The position numbers and the translations under genes were made by a program. This document shows, piece after piece, positions 12,770 through 25,545 of a stretch of DNA of 64,000 bases (positions within the stretch are counted from its first letter, which is position 1; every line of letters starts with the position of its first letter). The notes beneath the pieces were generated by a model. The model was not told where the DNA came from. It saw nothing but the letters and a program-made list of their open reading frames with translations, and did no database searches. The stretch is from Camelus dromedarius (Eukaryota). The stretch covers positions 40,612,001 through 40,676,000 of the forward strand of contig NC_087436.1 of the NCBI RefSeq assembly GCF_036321535.1, in the 5' to 3' direction.

Positions 12770-14564
12770 AACTGATATTCTGATTTCAAGAAATTGGGGT
12801 GTCATTATTTTATGCACTTTTTAAATGAGAGTGGAAAGAACAATAAATAATAATTTTTAAAACTCAGTTCCCCAATAGGTTAAAAACGAACAGCAAATAG
12901 GATTCAATAAGACTATCACCTGCATTCCTGAAACCAATATGCTGGAAAAATAAACTATGTGGTTTTATAAAAGTATGTAAAATATGCATCAGTAGGTTTA
13001 TGAAAAGCAGCCGTGTTCTATCTACTTGAGCTTTCACCTCAGATCTTAGGAGCAAAAAGCTCAGTAATAATACTAGCTTGGTATAATGACAACAAATTAT
13101 GTTTGCCTCATCTTTTTCTAAGTGAAAGCAGTGCTTTAATATGTATACATTTTAGTTTATATTAAACTAACATTTGGACACAAGGACTATATAAAACAGA
13201 TATAGCTTAGTACTGAGCTCTTCTCAATATCACTTGCCAGTTTTTGATCTTCCAGAATACTGATAGAAGTTTTCCACAGTATAATAGGCCAAAAACTGTA
13301 TAGCCAATTTGCCTTTATCTGTGATGTTTACTTTCTGGTTGGACAAAAATACAGTGTTTAAGTTTGGTGCCCTATATCACACATCTGTAAGTTGAACATG
13401 CTTCTGTAGATACATACATACATAAACCATACATTCATATATTAGAGATACTAAACTGATGTATGCATATTTGAAAACATGGATAAAATTATAAATTTCA
13501 TAAAAATAAACTAAAGGTAAATATTTCCAAATGTTTTCTGTTTTATTAATGCATAGAAAATTTTGTGGTATTACTAATAAGAGAAACAAGATGGAATGTA
13601 TTCATTATTATAGCAAATCTTCATGCAGTGGTTTGAGTATCTGGTACTAAGTTTACTTCTGTTATTATGGGATTTTTAATGATTGCCATCACAGGAAAAA
13701 TTAACTCACAATTTAGGTGTATCCAAGAAGTGGTCATTGTCTGCAGCCCCTATTAAATTGTGGTATACACTGTCAAAATCTACCAGTTAAACAAAATTGT
13801 GTTGTTGGCATTTGTTGAAATTCAGCTGGTAAATTCCCATGTTTATGAATGTCAGCTGGTATAAAAAATTTGTAACTTTAAAACGTTACATTTTACTTAT
13901 AAAATTTACATGCATATTTTCAACAAATACCATACTAATTCAAAACTTCCGAACTGTAATTTTGAAAAATCTCTATTAGCCTCATTCTGTTTCAAAAAGC
14001 AATTACTTTCTTACAGATCGTTAAATGCTACCATTCTCCTGAAAGGGTGTTAAATGTTTGTTTTATATTACTTGGTTTCTATGCAACCTGCAGGGTAGAA
14101 AGTATGTAAGTGATAGGGATTTTTTGACGTAGGAAAGATGAACAAATTCATAAGTTCAACAAATTCATGTTATCTTAAAATATTTCCAGAGTAATGATTC
14201 ATAAACCTTTGGTTTACAAAAGATTTTCATAGTTACTTCCCAGCTTGACTGTAAATTTAAAGTCTCAATTCTAGAGAATCAACTATACGCAGGTGGCATC
14301 TTGTAGCCGACTTATGCTTCTGACTTGAACGTCTTTGCTTCAGCAGCTTGTGTATTAACATACTGAAGGAACTTCATGGACTCTGTTGTCTTAGCTTGAT
14401 TCTAGAATCTCTTTTCCTTTAAAATTCTAATCTAAACTGCTCTTCTGCTGATTTCTATCTGTACATTCACATAATCATATTTTTTTGGAGGAAAATAGTT
14501 ACTTTTGAAAATGTAATTTTCCTAGAAAACTTTTCCTTTAGAGGCTTATAAAAACCAAACTAGA

Positions 14565-15168
14565 GGTACTAACACAGTGCTGTAGGTCAAGCATACTTCA
14601 AAAATAAACACATTAAAAAAGCGATCAGATTTATTACTACCAGTGGCAGGGGTTAGGAGAGGGAATTGGCTGAAGGCAGTCAAAAGATAAAATTTCCAGT
14701 TGTAAAATCAGTTTGGAATTTGGTAGTAACAGATTCTACCATAGGTAAAATAGGTAAACAAGTACCCACTGTATAGCACAGTGAACTATATTCAGTATCT
14801 TGTAATAACCTAAAATCGAAAAGAATCTGAAAAAAGAATACAAATATATAACTGAATCACTTTGCTATAAACCTGAAACCCTGTAAATCAACTACACTTC
14901 AATAAAAAAATTAAATTTTAGAAAAGTCACTCGGTACTAGGGATATAATGTACAACATGGTAAATAAAATAAACACTGCTGTTATGTTATATGAAAGCTG
15001 TTAAGAGAGTTCTCATCACAAGCAAAATTTTTTTTCTGTTTCTTTAGTTTGTATCTATGTGAGATGATGGATGTTCAGTAAACTTACTGTGTAATCATTT
15101 CACAGTGTAAGTCAGATCATTATGCTGCATGCTTTAAACTTACACTGTGCAGCGTGTCAATTACATCC
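14565..15168 (+). mobile_element. Older L1 3'UTR fragment, split by a younger L1 tail
   Basis: gatcagatttattactaccagtggcaggg..tttccagttgtaaaat resumes as gtactagggatataatgtacaacatg..gagttctcatcacaag. Confidence 0.75.
14709..14920 (+). mobile_element. Short nested L1 3' tail
   Basis: ctgtatagcacagtgaactatattcagtatcttgtaataacc..tgtaaatcaactacacttcaataaaaaa. Confidence 0.85.
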
Positions 15169-15230
15169 TTTCTAGGGATTCAGATAATTTAGATAATTTG
15201 AGGAATTCAAATCTATGGTAAGTACTGTAA

Positions 15231-15442
15231 CAGTGTTTTTCAGCTTCTGCACTTTGATGTTTTGGGCTGGAAAATCTGTTGTGTGGGGGCATCTAGTGCA
15301 TTCATTGAGTGGCATGTTTAGCAGCATTGCTGGTCTCTGTCCACTAGGTGCCAGCAGCAATCTCTTGCTGTGACAACCAAAAATGTGTCTCAGCAATCCT
15401 GAAAGTCCTGTGGGACCAAGTCTCTCAGAATGAGAACTATAG
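15231..15442 (+). mobile_element. MER20 (hAT-Charlie) DNA transposon
   Basis: cagtgtttttcag..tgtttagcagcattgctggtctctgtccactaggtgccagcagca..tgtgacaaccaaaaatgt..tgagaactatag; orientation uncertain. Confidence 0.85.
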
Positions 15443-15479
15443 TGTATTAACTACATAAAATATGCAAATCAGGACTGGG

Positions 15480-16560
15480 GGACATGTGAGAAACAACTGA
15501 CAGCTAATGTTTTTAACAGATCAAAGTTAGAAGCCCGAAGAAAATAAAGTGACATATGAAGTAAAAAAAAAAAAGAAAATCATTTTTAGCCTAGAATTCT
15601 ATGTACAATACATCCTTCAAAAATCAAGGTGAAATGAAGTCTCATTCCTAAAATAAAAGTTAAAAATTGACATAATCTGTCAATGGCAAAAGTGTACTTA
15701 AATAATAAAGGTAATTCCTCAGGCTGAATGTAAATGATCCAGGGGTAAACACTGAATTACAGAATGGAATAAAGGCCAAAAGAGGGGACAGATATTTGGG
15801 AAGTTTTGAATTAATGTTGAAGTGCTGACTATAGGAAACAATAATAGAGTGTCATCAGTAGTCAAAAAATAATGTGAAAGAAGCTGGAATGGATGAGGTG
15901 TTCTTTGCAGAAACAGTCACAATAATTATTTTATTAGAGGATTTAATAAGTCAGTGAAGTCTATAGTAAGCTGAATGAAACAACTAAAAGAATAGCAAAA
16001 TGTATTTTAAGAGAAAAAATGAATAGTAGCTATTTGATTAATTAAAGACAATACAAAAAGACAAAAGCACACAAAAAGGTCAAATGGAAAACAGTGTAAT
16101 TGTAGACATATGCACACTTATATCAGAAATTATTTTTAAAGTAATGAACACTTCAGATGACTGATTGATTGATACAATTGTTCTAACTATACATTGCTTA
16201 AGAAATGGACATTAAATATAAGAACAACTACATTAAAAGTCAATTAATACTAAAATTATGCCACCAAACACTATCCAAAGAGAGTTGGTGTGATTTATAC
16301 AAGTGTCAGGTGAAGAGTTTTGAAGGGGCAAGAAGCACCAGTAGACATACAAAGGGCCATTTTACAGTGACCACAGATCTATCGCTCAACGTTTTTCAAC
16401 TCAAAATCTGTGTGCACCAAAATGTGGCTCAAAAGCATGAAAAAGTAAACTCAAAAATGGTCACAATGGGAGCCTTTAATATATCCCTTAATAGCTAGTA
16501 GAAAAGACAAAGTAATTTGCTGAAGATGAAGATCTGAACATTACAGTTAAAATGTGGAGT
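15480..16560 (+). mobile_element. Highly decayed L1ME-type ORF1 end / ORF2 start
   Basis: agcctagaattctatgtac..tccttcaaaaatcaaggtgaaatgaag (ORF1 3' motif) followed by endonuclease-like remnants. Confidence 0.6.
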
Positions 16561-17926
16561 GAAGTTTTTGTTCAGCATCCCAATGTGTCACCTTATTCAC
16601 CTACATGTGGTGTGTTTTGGAACCTTATCTAGATGATTGATATGGGAAGGTCAGGAAAGTTTAACTACATAAAGGGTTTTGGCTAGATGAATGAGAAAGT
16701 AACATATCCCCTCTCCTTCCTTCCCTTTTTTTCAATTTTAAAAATAAAGTACAGGTAGAAACAAATGTATGAAATAGTTTATATCCTAGGCATAATGCAG
16801 AGAAAAAAAATCTTCCCAATCTATTGAAGTAGATCTACTTACCAGGTGCCTAGAAGTGTAACTTGAGGCAACTGAGGAAAAATTGTAAAAAAAAAAAAAA
16901 AAAAAAAAAGTCATGGGAATTAGAAAAATTGAAGTGAAAACATGACAAAGTGTAACTAAAATATTAAATGTACACACTATAAGATAACCTGCGTATATTC
17001 AAAGAAATTTTAGATTTATCAAACATAAGAACTATATGCAACTTGACTGTTGATTAACCACAATGTGGAGGATAAAATAAAACATTGTTTCTTTCACTGC
17101 TCTATTAAAAATTTATTTGGTGGTAAGTGCTTTCTCTATGCCACTGGTAGAACACTGTATTCATTGCTGTACGTAATTTAACTCCTAAAACACAGCGTCA
17201 TCTCAGAAATTAGAAGTGTCAAAATCGAAGATACTAATTACCCCCAATATTTATATTCGAATAACTTCCCATTTGTAGCTGGCATCATTCAACTGCAGAT
17301 GGCAGCCGCCTGCCTCCTGAGGAAGAGGATGTAGAAGGTGCCTGCTTTCTTTCTATACGCGTCTTCTCCCTCCGTAAGGAGATGATTGTTTTTAATCTCA
17401 GTAGGGTCCAAATGGGAAATGAGAAGCACTATAAGAGTAGTTTAGAAAAATTCTGATTTGGTAGATGATTGATAGGATTGTGGGTAGGCTGAGTGCTTTT
17501 GTGGTCCATTAGAGAGCCCTGCTAGGGCTTCTCACGATAGCATCCTCAGGCAGGTCTCCCTCTCCACACCTCCCCTGCACATGCCGGCTGTCACTGGTGA
17601 AGTTCCCAGGCTTTCCTTTTCACTTACAATGTCTTCAGATTGCCTGTATCTCCCATGTGACCCACATGTGTTTTTATGAGAAGCACTCATGGGTCCTATG
17701 ATGTGCGTTTGTAGGTAGGTATGTAATTGGTTCCTAATTGTACTGGCTACTGTGTCTTGTTCTGCTTTGATGGCTTTGCTGTTCTGATAGCCAGTCTGTG
17801 TTATATCCATGTACCAAATGCAATGCACATACTAACACACACCCATTCTCACACTTGCTGTTCACTATAAATGCACAACTGGATGGATGGATGCATGAAA
17901 TAATGTTATTTTTTCTTAATAGCTGA

Positions 17927-18110
17927 CTTTTTTAACTGAAGCACAGTTGATTTACAATGTGTTAGTTTCTGGTGTACAGCATAGTGATTCAGTTATATAT
18001 ATTCTTTTTCATGTTTTTGTCATTATAGGTTATTATAAGCTCTTGAATATAATCGCCTGTGCTATACAGCAGGACCTTATTGTTTACCCATTCTGTATAT
18101 AATAGTTTAG
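17927..18110 (-). mobile_element. Short L1 3' tail
   Basis: ttttttaactgaagcacagttgatttacaatgtgttagtttctggtgtacagcatagtg. Confidence 0.85.
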
Positions 18111-18229
18111 ACCTTTCCCATAACTAAAAACGGCTTGTCAGGGTACCCAAATAAAGTTAAAAGGACCAACAACGTAGATACAAAGGAGAAAATGCAAGGA
18201 AATTGGTGGAGGGAGAATGGCAAGTAGAC

Positions 18230-18315
18230 TGTGACTTCACTTCTGCATCTCTGTCTGCCTCAGTTCCCTCCTTTGTAATGAGGATTGTAACAGCAATGAC
18301 TCCACAGGGTCGACT
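18230..18315 (+). mobile_element. MIR fragment
   Basis: ctctgtctgcctcagttccctcctttgtaatgaggattgtaacag. Confidence 0.55.
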
Positions 18316-19774
18316 GAATTCATCACTAAGAGAGCAAGTTGTGCTGTCTCCATTTTCTGCGTGTAATTAAACCCCGTGTTTGTCGTGTTTTCCTTTCTCC
18401 CTTTCAGGAAGTTGTTGCTAGCTCATTTAACAGTAGTTTTATGTAACAGGTATTTTAGAGTTCTTTTCTAGAAAGATAAAAGCAGAATGGTGCAAAATGT
18501 CTTTAGAGCCTGGATTTACTGGCTATCCTATTAAATAGCATTGCCATTTTAAACGTTTAAAACTTGTTTTCTAATTATCTGTAAAAACTACTGACAGTGC
18601 TCAACCAGGGTTATACGTACTGATGTTTTTGATAGATTTTTTTGTGCAGATGAGAAGAATAAAGCCGTCATACTCTGTTGCTTCACTAATGGTTACTTCA
18701 CTCTGATAGCTGACTGAGGACCGCTCGGGCTTTTTCAACGGCTTCACGAGGCTCGGTGCGGAGACACGTTATCTTTGTCACTCAGGCAGTAGAGGGTGTA
18801 GAGTAATCAGCAAGTACAGAGGCACGCAGTTTCTCCTAATTTTACCACTAATCCTTTTTCAATAATTGCCTGAATAATTCCTTTCATTTATGCTGCTCTG
18901 AATACTTAGGAGCCTAATGCTTCTCATCCTGAACACTATACACAGACAAAAATCCCTGAAGCTTCAGAAAAAATAAAACTGCCACCTTAGATTTGCTTTT
19001 ATGTCCCTTAAACTCATTTTCCCTCCAGTATTTGAACTATGTGATGTAGGTGATAAAGTAGCAAAGAGTTTCTACAGTAAATAGAAAGTTCTTAAGAAGG
19101 TTAATGTTGAAAAAAATAATTTACAAGATACAACGAGAACATGAATAGCTTTGTGGCTAAGGTGGAGATGACCTTGACTGCAGATGTATATGGGCTAGAC
19201 CAGGAGTTCAGGTTAAGGAATGAAATTTCTGCAGATCATTTTATTTTTCATACCACATTATTTTTGCTTTGGGGGGAGTTTTTTTGATAATCCTGAAATA
19301 GCAATATGCACATACCTCAAAATCAGAGGATTTCCCTTTGCATGAAGCATAAAATACCTATGGAATAGCTGTTTCACAAAGAAACTCAGATTTTAATCAC
19401 AGAGGCTAAATTGAAAACAAAACAGATTATTTTGTTGATTAGTAATAATGAAATTAATATGTTTAGTATGAAAATTCTGTATTAGAGCATTGTTTTCACT
19501 AAAAATTTCATTCCTTAGTAGAGATTTAGTTATAACATTAGGTTGTTTATCCAGAAAAATAACTTCTACATAATAAAAATGAGAAATAATAGTTTGGGGT
19601 TTTTAAGTTGTTTTGTTTCTGTCCCCTGAAAACTTTTACTTGTTTATTCCCATTTTATAGCCTCAGTGTGAGCTGGTTTTTAACCCACTGTAACGAATTA
19701 TCTTTTGTTTAGTAAACCTAGCTGAATGTTGGTTGCCCAATGTAGCAGGCAAAATATTGAGAATGCAAAAGATT

Positions 19775-20134
19775 TCCAGAGAAAGACAAACATCATATAA
19801 TATCACTTAATGTGGAATCTAAAAAAATGATTCAAATGAACTTATTTACAAAAGAGATTCACAGACATAGAAAATAAACTTACGGTTACTAAAGGGGAAT
19901 GGGGGTGGAGGGATAAATTGGGAGTTCGGGATCTGCAGATACTAACTACTATATACAGAACAGATAAACAACAAGTTCGTACAGTATAGCACAGGCAACT
20001 ATATTCAGTAGCTTGTAATAACCTAAAGTAGAAAAGAATATGAAAAAGAATATATATATATATGTATAACTGAATCACTATTCTGTATACCAGAAAGTAA
20101 TGCAACATTGTAAATCAACTATTCTTCAATTAAA
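19775..20134 (+). mobile_element. Short L1 3' insertion with 13-bp TSD
   Basis: L1 3'UTR (cagagaaagacaaacatcatataatatcac..ttgtaaatcaactattcttcaattaaaa) flanked by aatgcaaaagatt at 19762-19774 and 20135-20147. Confidence 0.92.
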
Positions 20135-20154
20135 AATGCAAAAGATTACCCAAT

Positions 20155-20285
20155 ATTTTATTCACTTATTTATTCAGATGTTTTAGAGCACCTTTTATGT
20201 GCTGGCACTGTATTAAATAGTATGGATATTACAGTAAATAACGTGGACTACGTACCTGCTCTCACAAAACATATTGTATCTCATA
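20155..20285 (-). mobile_element. L2 3' end fragment
   Basis: ttcacttatttattcag..gagcaccttttatgtgctggcactgt..acctgctctcac. Confidence 0.6.
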
Positions 20286-20559
20286 TCTAGATATTTTAGC
20301 CATCCATCTACCCAGTAAAGAAGCTTTTAAAAACATTTATGTACACATGTTTTTGATGCTATTGTTGTGGCCTCAAAGATAACATGCTTGTTATAAACAT
20401 TGATGATTTCTGGTTACATTATATTACCTTCAAACTCTTCCTTTTTTTTTTTCTTGTAAGGATTAAGGTTATATTTCAAAAACGTGCTTTTAAATGACAA
20501 CACAATCGTACATAGACACAAAATAAATCATTGAGTTTTATAAAATTTGATGCATACTA

Positions 20560-20930
20560 GGATATCTGCTGCTACTGTAATAGCCAACAGTCCCACATCT
20601 CACAGTGCATGCAATCCAGTTTTATTTCTTGCTCACCTTAGTCTGACATATATTAGATTTCTCCTGAGGACTTTCTTCTACCTGATTTGGTCATCCAAGA
20701 TCATTCCAGCTAATGACTCTCCATCCTTCAGACCCTCAACAGGGTCTTCCACAGTGTCCCTCACAAGGTCCCCTGTAAGGAGATGCCCTGAAACGACAGT
20801 CTGTGCAGGGATTTGAAGGCATGTACGGACACTGCCACAGAGCCCCAACTGGGTGTAAGGAAACTGGGAAATGACATTCCCTTGTGTGTCCAGGGATCAT
20901 GAGTCGATCTCTGTCACATCTGAGATACAC
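20560..20930 (-). mobile_element. Old MaLR LTR (MLT1J/K/L-like)
   Basis: gctactgtaatagccaacagtcccacatctcacagtg..ttttatttcttgctcac..aaggaaactgggaaatga..cttgtgtgtccagg. Confidence 0.6.
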
Positions 20931-22109
20931 TATGGCAAGAATTATGTATGGTCATCTTTATAAACCAACCCCTTGATGTGAAAAGAATTTGAAATTAAAT
21001 GTATAAACTAAATACCTTGTGAGAAGATTTTATTCTGAAATATTTAAAATTGTCTCATAGAATGTTCATAGTGAAGAAAATGTGCATTATGGACCTCTGG
21101 AATATACAATGAATCACATGCTTTTAATAGTAAGCTCTGGTGTTCATTTATTGATTTAACTGAAAAAACAACTCCACGAAGGCAATTATATCTATGGGAC
21201 CCTAGAATGTTAAATTAGAAGAGCATATTTTACTTTTTAAACTATCTTGGAAACAATAATATCAAGCATATAAGAGTTTAATGTTTACAATATGAAGGCT
21301 CTAAATCAAACACTTTATTCCTTAAACTTTTGAATGAATATAATCTCTTTTAATAACAACCAAATAGCTATTTTTCTAATAGGAATGCATAGATATAATA
21401 TTTTCTATCTTTATATCTATAGTCTAACAAAAAAGAAGACAAGCAATTTTCTATTATAATATTTAAACTGTTATAATCATCAATGAATCAGGGAATTATT
21501 GTAGCCAGATTGTAGATGCCACAATACAAAGTATGGGTTAACATTTCTTCACTTCTAATAATCCTAGATATTTCCTAAAATACAGAAAATTAACATTTTC
21601 TTGTTGTGATTGATGGTCATATGTGTGAGCTACACTATTTTTCAGAAGAACAATTTTCAATTTTATGAAGAATTAGAAAATTAAATTTTAAAATATATTT
21701 GACAGGATTGTTACATCTTATAAATATTTATACTATTAATGGCACTACTCTTACATAATATGGAGATGTATCTTATTGTCATGCATTCAGATAAATATTA
21801 GATTCCCTGAACATGGATTATAAAACTGTTCAGAAAATATACAACTGTAAGTGGTAGAAAATGAGTACTAAAATCAATTTATTTTTTAAATACTATGATC
21901 TTGTTAAACTCTTGTATACATAATTATTCTTTTGACGTTTTATTGATTATAAGCTTCAATAATTGGAATGTATCTTCTATCGTGTTTTTTCTTCACTTAA
22001 CAATATATCCTAGAAATAACATGGAAGTTTAGAGACATATCATCCATTGCTCTATACTGGTATTATGTAATGTAATAAGACAATCTTTAAAAAATGGTCT
22101 CTTAACAAT

Positions 22110-25100
22110 TGTAGTGTAATTGACTATAACATATATTAATTCCAGTTATACAACATAATGATTTGATATTTGTATACATTGTGTAATGATCAACACAATA
22201 AAAATAGTTAATATCTGTCACCATACATGGTTACTAAAAAACTGTTTCTTCTTGTGATGAGAACTTTTAAGATTTACTCTTAGCACTTTCATATATATGC
22301 AAGAGAGTGTTATTGTAGTCACCATACTGTAAAACTCCATGACACTTGTTTTGTAACTAGAAGTCTGTAACTTTTGACCCACGTTAGCCATTTTGTCAAC
22401 CCTCTCCACTGGCAGCTACTAATCTGTTCTCTGTATCTATGAGTTTAGGGGGGTTTTTTATGGGGTTTGGGTTTTTTTTGGCTTTTTTTCTTTGTTTTAT
22501 GGTTTTCCATAGAAGTGAGATCGTACAAAAAGTATTTGTCTTTCTCTGAATTATTTCATTTAGCATCATGCCCTCAGGGTCCATCCATGTTATCAAAATA
22601 GCAACATTTTCTTCTTTTTAATGGCTAAATAGTATTACATTGTGTGAGAATGTGTATGTGTATAAAAGCACATCTTTGTCCATTCATCCATTTATGGACA
22701 CTTAAGTTGTTTCCATATCTTGACCATTGTAAATAAAGCTGCAATGAACATGAGGGTGCATATATCTTTTTCAGTTAGTGTTTTTGTTTTCTTTGGATAG
22801 ATACCCAGAAGTGAGATGGCTGGATCATATAGTAGTTCCATTTTTAATTTTTTAAGGAGCTACTATATTGTTTTTCATAGTGGCTGCACCAATTTACATT
22901 TTCATCAACAGCGCACAAGGATTCCCTTTTCTCCATATCCTCTCCAACACTTATTACCTCTAGTCTTTTGATAATAGCCATTCTAACATGTGTGAGGTAG
23001 TATCTCAATCTGGTTTTGATTTGCATTTCCCTGATGTTTAGTGATGTTGAATACTTTTTCATGTATCTATTGTAAGTTTTCTTTGAAAAATGTTTCTTCA
23101 GATCCTCTGTGCTTTTTTAAATTGATTTTTTTTTTTTTTTTTTTTTTTGCTATTGAGTTGTATGAGTTCTTTATACATTTTGGGTATTAACCTCTTATCA
23201 GAGTTATGACTTGGAACCAATTTCTCCCATTCCATAGGTTGCCTTTTCGTTTTGTTGTTGACTCCTTTGCTGTGCTGTGATTCCTTTCCTTTTTAGTTTG
23301 ATGTAGTCCCACTCCTTTATTTTTTTGCTTTTGATGTCAGATTCAAAAAATTATCTCCAAAACCAATGTCAACAATCATACCACCTAGTTTTCTTCTAGG
23401 AGTTTTATGGTTTCAGGTCTTACATGTAAATCTGTGTTCCATTTTGAGTTAATTTTTGGGTTTAGTGTAAGCTGGTTCAGTTTCTTTTATTTTGTATGTG
23501 GGTCATGCAGTTTTTCCAAAGTCATTTATTGAAGAGACTGTCCTTTCCCATTATATTTATTTCCCCTCCTTGCTGCTTTGTCATAAATGAATTGACCATA
23601 GTAGTATGAGTTTATTTCTGAACTCTCTATTCTGTCCATTAATGTATGTCTCTCTTTATGCCCATGCCATATAGTTTTGATTACTGTAACTTTGCAATAT
23701 AGTGTGAAGTCAGGGATTATACTTCCAGCTTTGTTGTTCTTTTCCAGGGTCATTTTGCCTATTCAGAATCTTGTGGATTCATACAAAATTTTAGAGTTGT
23801 ATGTTCTATTTCTATAAAAAAAAGCCATTTAAATTTTAATATGGATTGAATTAAATGTGTAGATTGCTTTGCATAGTATGGACATTTTAACAATGTTCTT
23901 CCAGTCTATGAGCACAGAATATCCTTCCAATTATTTGTGTCTTCAATTTCTTTCATGAATGTCTTATAGTTTTCTCTGAACAAGTCTTTTGCCTCCTTGG
24001 TTAAATTTATTCCTAAGTATTTTATTCTTTTTAATGCAATTATAAATAGGATTGTTCTCTTAATTTCTCTTTCTGGTAGTTCATAATTACTGTATAGAAA
24101 TGCCACATATTACTATATACTGATGTTATATCCTCCAACTTTACTGAATTTATTGTTTCTATCAATTTTTTGGTGATGTCCCTAAGGTTTGCTATATATA
24201 ATATCATGTCATCTGAAAATAGTGACAGTTTTACTTATTCCTTTACCATTTGGATGCATGTTTTTTTCTTTTTCTTGCCTAATTGCTCTGGCTAGGACTT
24301 CCAATACTATTTTGAATAAAAGTAGTGAGAATGGGCATGTTTATTCTGTTCCTGATTTTGAGGAAAAGTTTTCAGCTTTTTTCCATTGAGTGTGATGTTA
24401 GCTGTATGCTTGTGATGCATGGCCTACGTTATGTTGAAGTATGTAACCTCTATACCCACTTTGTTCAGCGATTTTTTAATCATAAATAGATACTGAATTT
24501 GACAGATGCTTTTTATGCATCTATTGAGATGATCATATGACTTTTCTTTTTCATATTCTTAATGTGGGATATTACATTGATTGGTTTGATTTGCAGATAG
24601 CAAATCAACCTAGCATCCCTGGAACTAAATCCCCTTGATCATGATGCTTTTAATATATTTTTGAATTCAGTTTGCCAATATTTTGTTGAAGAGTTTTGCA
24701 TGTATGTTCTTTAGGGATATTAGGTTATAATTTTCTTTATTTGTGACATCCTTGTCTGGCTTTGGTATCAGGGTAATGCTTGCCTTATAAAATGAGTTTG
24801 GAATCATTCCCTCCTTTAAATTTTTTTTTTTTTTCACATTTTGAGAAGGATGGGTATTAACCCTTCTCTGAATTTTAGGTAGAATTGAAAGATGAAGGCA
24901 TCTGGTCCTAAACTTTTGTTTGTTGGGAGATTTTTTATTACTTATTTAATCTCTTTACTAATAATTGGTCTGTTGGGATTTTCTATTTCTTTATGATTCA
25001 GTCTTGGTAGTTTGTATGTTTCTAGGAATTTGTCCATTTCTTCTAGGTGGTCCAGCTTGTTGTCATATAATTGTTCATAATCATCTATTCTGATCCTTTG

Positions 25101-25545
25101 TATTTCTGTGGTATCATTTATAATGTCTTCTTTTTCATTTCTGATTTTAATTATTTTAGTTTTCTCTCTTTTTTTCTTTGTGAGTCTAGCTAATAGTTTG
25201 TCAATTTTGTCCTTTCAAAGAACCTGCTCTTAGGCTCATTGTTCTTTTCTATAGTCCTTTTACTCTCTATTTCATTTATTTCTGCTCTGATCTGTATTTC
25301 TTTCCTTATACTGTGAGCTTTATTCTTTTTTCTTTGTTGAGGTTTAAGGTTAGGTTGTTTATTTGAGATTGTTCTTACTCATCAATGTAACATTTATTAC
25401 TATGTACTTTTCTCTTAGGACTGCTTTTACTTTATCTCATAAATTTTGATAGGTTGTATTTCCATCTTCGCTTGTCTCTAGGTATTTTATATTTCTCTTT
25501 TAATTGCTACTTTGACCCATTGGTTGTTCAGGAGTATGCTGTTTA
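22110..25545 (-). mobile_element. L1 (L1MA-like 3'UTR plus about 3 kb of ORF2), 5'-truncated
   Basis: Several minus-strand ORFs are L1 ORF2 pieces ([42 protein letters not shown]). Confidence 0.93.
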
